From assembly GCF_006345805.1 (NCBI RefSeq), contig NW_021832829.1, positions 1 through 64,000 of the forward strand: a DNA stretch of 64,000 bases, read 5' to 3'. Below the pieces are notes generated by a model. It was given only the letters and a program-made list of their open reading frames with translations. It was not told where the DNA came from and did not search any database. Numbering within the stretch: position 1 is the first letter of the stretch; each line of letters begins with the position of its first letter. This document shows positions 61,043 through 64,000 of the stretch, one piece after another. The DNA is from Octopus sinensis (taxonomy: Eukaryota). Both the position numbers and the translations under genes were made by a program.

Positions 61043-61652
61043 TATATAATGTCACCTTCCGCTGAACGGACAAATATCAAAATATCGTTTGAATCAATTC
61101 TATCCATAAAAAATATGTCTTGATTTTTTCCAAGTCTCATTCTAAAGCTATTTTTAATGGTTTTCGTGACTTCTCAAAAAATAGACATAGAACAAAACCA
61201 ACTCTTCCTTAAATTTGAAAAAATTATTGATTTAATTATCATTTTTATTACTTTTAGAGGTTTTCAAATTAAAATAATCATTTTTAAATTAAAAAACACT
61301 TCTATTAAAAAACTACAAATTTAAATTTAAAATTATCCAACATAACTTTTAAAAAATGAAACTCCACGTTAATTTTTACCTAACCGAACCAAACACAACC
61401 CTAACGTTTACTGAACCTTATTTTAAAAGCCAAGCCTAACTCAGAAAAACGCCTATTAACCCCTAACTTTTACAAAGATCTAATTTTAAAAACCAATGAG
61501 ATTTAAAAGTTAAATTAAAAATAAAAATGTCAAAACAGAGTCATTTAAGCTTTTTCAGCCTCGAAGTATGTACGTCAGTTAAAATGTTTTCTTTATCGTC
61601 TTCTGGAATAAGATATCAATCCTCGCGAACAGTGTTTCTAGCCCATGAACTT

Positions 61653-62215
61653 CAATCAATCAATCAATCAACAACTTTATTTAGGTAACAACGAATAGTA
61701 TGAGGGGTAATAATTAATGAAACGGTAAGGCTTGCTTACCGACTTCTTCCGCGAAACAAAAAGAAAGGAGGGACCCCAACCTCTCAGTATAGAATTACCT
61801 TTGCAGGTAAGTCCCAGTGACTGTTGACCAGAATTTGTAGTTTTTGATGCTTTTTTCAACGATTTCCCCTACCGTAGGCGTTTTAGCCTCGATCCATGGG
61901 GGAATCGGGCATTCCAGGCTTTGGGAGTAGGCGATTTTTAACGCCAGTCTCCGAGTATTCTCAAACTTCCTGATAATGGAACTCCTCTTTCTAGAGAAAT
62001 GCCATGCCTCTTTTCCAAATATAAGTCCTGGTAAGATCACCGTGTTAAAAACATAAAGAAAAGTATCTGGTTCCAGATTTAACTTTCTTAAGCAAAACAG
62101 TGCGTTTGTTGCTTTCTTTTTTCGAATTTTCGCATTTTCAGTGTATTTACCATTTTCTTCAATTTGCAATCCCAGGTATTTTATTGAATGTTGTCGTGGT
62201 ATGTTAGTAATCACT
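61653..62215 (-). mobile_element. LINE 3' fragment with (ATTG)n tail
   Basis: IKYLGLQI...VFNTVILPGLIFGKEAW (RT C-terminus); (CAAT)4 on the plus strand at 61653-61668. Confidence 0.75.
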
Positions 62216-62268
62216 AATTACTAATCAGATAGCCCATAAACTTAAAACTGCTTGACAAAATAAACATT

Positions 62269-62520
62269 TTAGAACAATCTGAGCAAGCTAAAACGGGTAA
62301 AATCGTAATAACGACTACAAAGCTTGTCAAATAAACGATCTCGTCCAAAGTGATCCATATAATTTTCTGACTGACCATGTTTAACAATAGGTAACCTCAA
62401 TGTGTTTGAGTTTAGCTCAGATTCCTCGACCTCCAAAAAATGACGTTCAGTATCTGCCTGCAGAATGTAAATTTTTCCGTCTTTAAATCGCATCAGATTC
62501 GAAATTTTTTTTCAATCTGT
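62269..62520 (-). mobile_element. Ginger-like integrase N-terminal fragment
   Basis: KHGQSENYMDHFGRDRLFDKLCSRY resembles the integrase zinc-binding H..HxGRD segment. Confidence 0.5.
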
Positions 62521-62689
62521 ATCTTTTTTTAAAGATCAAAATTTTTAAAAGATGACGCATCGCAATCAGAATTGAAATAATCCTTAATTTGTTTATTTAA
62601 TGAAAAAAGCTTCACTTAAACCATGCCGCAATGGGTAATAAGAATTATTTTTATTAGTAATAAAAAGTAGTCGTTCCATTTAACAGCGT

Positions 62690-63077
62690 GCTCCATTGAA
62701 TGGATGTTGACATATAATACTTAACATCTCTTGCTTCTGCCAAACTGTTGAGAAATAATTTAAACAGGTGAGTTATCTGTTAGCACGTAGTGGAGAGACA
62801 CACATGATCGCCGAAAATCTTATAAAGTCATGATTTTGTGTGTTTCAAAAAGATCATTGAGTGTATTTATAACAAAGAAATGTCTAAGAAACTATAAATC
62901 TTGTTTCCTTGTCCAATAATACTATTTCAAGGCAAATTCAGTAACTTTCACAAAATAGCGAAGCGCGGTTACTGATTCGATTAAATAATTCTAATGGTTT
63001 TGCAATTCAAATTGGCGAGTCCATTGATGTTGAAGGACTGGCAGTTTTAATTGTTTTCTTTGATATCCGTTTAACGA
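62690..63077 (+). mobile_element. Buster (ZBED5/SCAND3-like) transposase fragment
   Basis: VSYLLARSGETHMIAENLI and FAIQIGESIDVEGLAVLIVF. Confidence 0.7.
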
Positions 63078-63082
63078 TATTA

Positions 63083-63746
63083 TGTCGCGACCCACGCTGG
63101 CGACCATCAGTTTGACAGGTGATTAGTTTGATATTTAATTTAAACCGGAAAAAATTCATTTTAAGAAATAGTTTAGCGTCATTTTAGAAAAAAATTATGG
63201 TTTCTTTCAAAAGATGTTAGCTCATATAGTCTTAATTCTTAGGCTACGTGAAAAACGACAGTGAATACCAAAATCTAAGAAGTGTACTACTTCAACAACC
63301 AGTGATGACTACATCCAAGTCAGAAAAATACAAACTTATGAAAAAAGCGACTCAATTTATCATTATTAATGATCGGTATATTTGCGACTCCTAACTCATA
63401 GTCTTTATCTAAAGGACGAGAATAACCAAAAACACAAATTGGTCATTTGTCTGGACAATGAAATGGAGATGAGGACACTAGCATTCGCCATTCACCAAGA
63501 ATCCCACTGGGGAATACATTTAAATCGAATTCCAAAATGAAACTAGGATCGTTACTATGAACAGAGTTAAAAAATGTTTATTTTTTTAAGTGTTAACATG
63601 TCATTAGTTTTTTTTTAATTGATACAAAAATACATCAATTAAAATACATCACCTGTCAAACTCATGGTCGCAATTAACGTCAAAAATACATCACATGTCA
63701 ACTGATGGTTGCCAGCGTGGGATGGTCGCCAGCGTGGGTCGCGACA
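63083..63746 (+). mobile_element. Non-autonomous Ginger-like TIR element
   Basis: Perfect 26-bp TIR TGTCGCGACCCACGCTGGCGACCATC and 5-bp TSD TATTA (63078-63082, 63747-63751). The internal remnant YVKNDSEYQNL resembles the N-terminus of the 35012 integrase. Confidence 0.88.
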
Positions 63747-63751
63747 TATTA

Positions 63752-64000
63752 TGTGACATGGTTTGCGCGATACCTATGGGCCGCGTGATACCTGACGCGA
63801 CCTTGAAATGTGAAATTATGACATTGATGGATTAAATTATAAATCTTTTAATTAGACCGCGACTCATTCTTATCATTTAATAATTTACTAAATTAGCTAA
63901 AGACTCTCTCATTTTGACAAAAAATTATATTTGTAGGAATTAATTATCAGAAATTAATTTTTTTGGTGGAGGAAAACCTAAATTTCTTGAGTTATTTCTA
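63752..64000. mobile_element. Probable terminus of a second TGT-ended element running off the window
   Basis: Starts TGTGAC directly after the TSD, with GC-rich subterminal CGCGATACCT-like repeats. Confidence 0.4.

Noticed and set aside
61370-61480. Scattered CCTAAC motifs (telomeric or Helitron-like)
   Set aside because: Not tandem, and no Helitron terminal hairpin or CTRR end was identified.

Overview
AT-rich eukaryotic (metazoan-type) genomic DNA. Compact housekeeping genes with very short GT-AG introns (mostly 22-32 nt) sit in islands: CDC23, ARPC1, PYCR, an SLC36-type transporter, CDC16, ZC3H15, NGDN and IMPA, plus a U5 snRNA gene. Intron size plus animal-type genes suggests a reduced parasitic animal such as a dicyemid; this is inference, not shown. 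Two complete copies and one truncated copy of a four-C-type-lectin-domain, mucin-stalked type I membrane protein gene are present. Each complete copy is paired head-to-head with a candidate spliced 25-26 aa hydrophobic micropeptide. Between the islands lies dense, often nested transposon debris: at least 8 CRE-like RLE retrotransposon copies (one near full length, one with a twin-priming-like inverted structure), RTE-like and APE-RT LINEs, an R4/Dong-like family that I recall from microsporidian genomes, several hAT/Buster elements with intact TIRs and TSDs, Tigger/pogo, Tc1, Merlin and Ginger-like elements. Several short locally templated insertions suggest an active end-joining repair process. 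All calls are by eye from motifs; no database search was run, and TE fragment boundaries are approximate unless a TIR or TSD is quoted.
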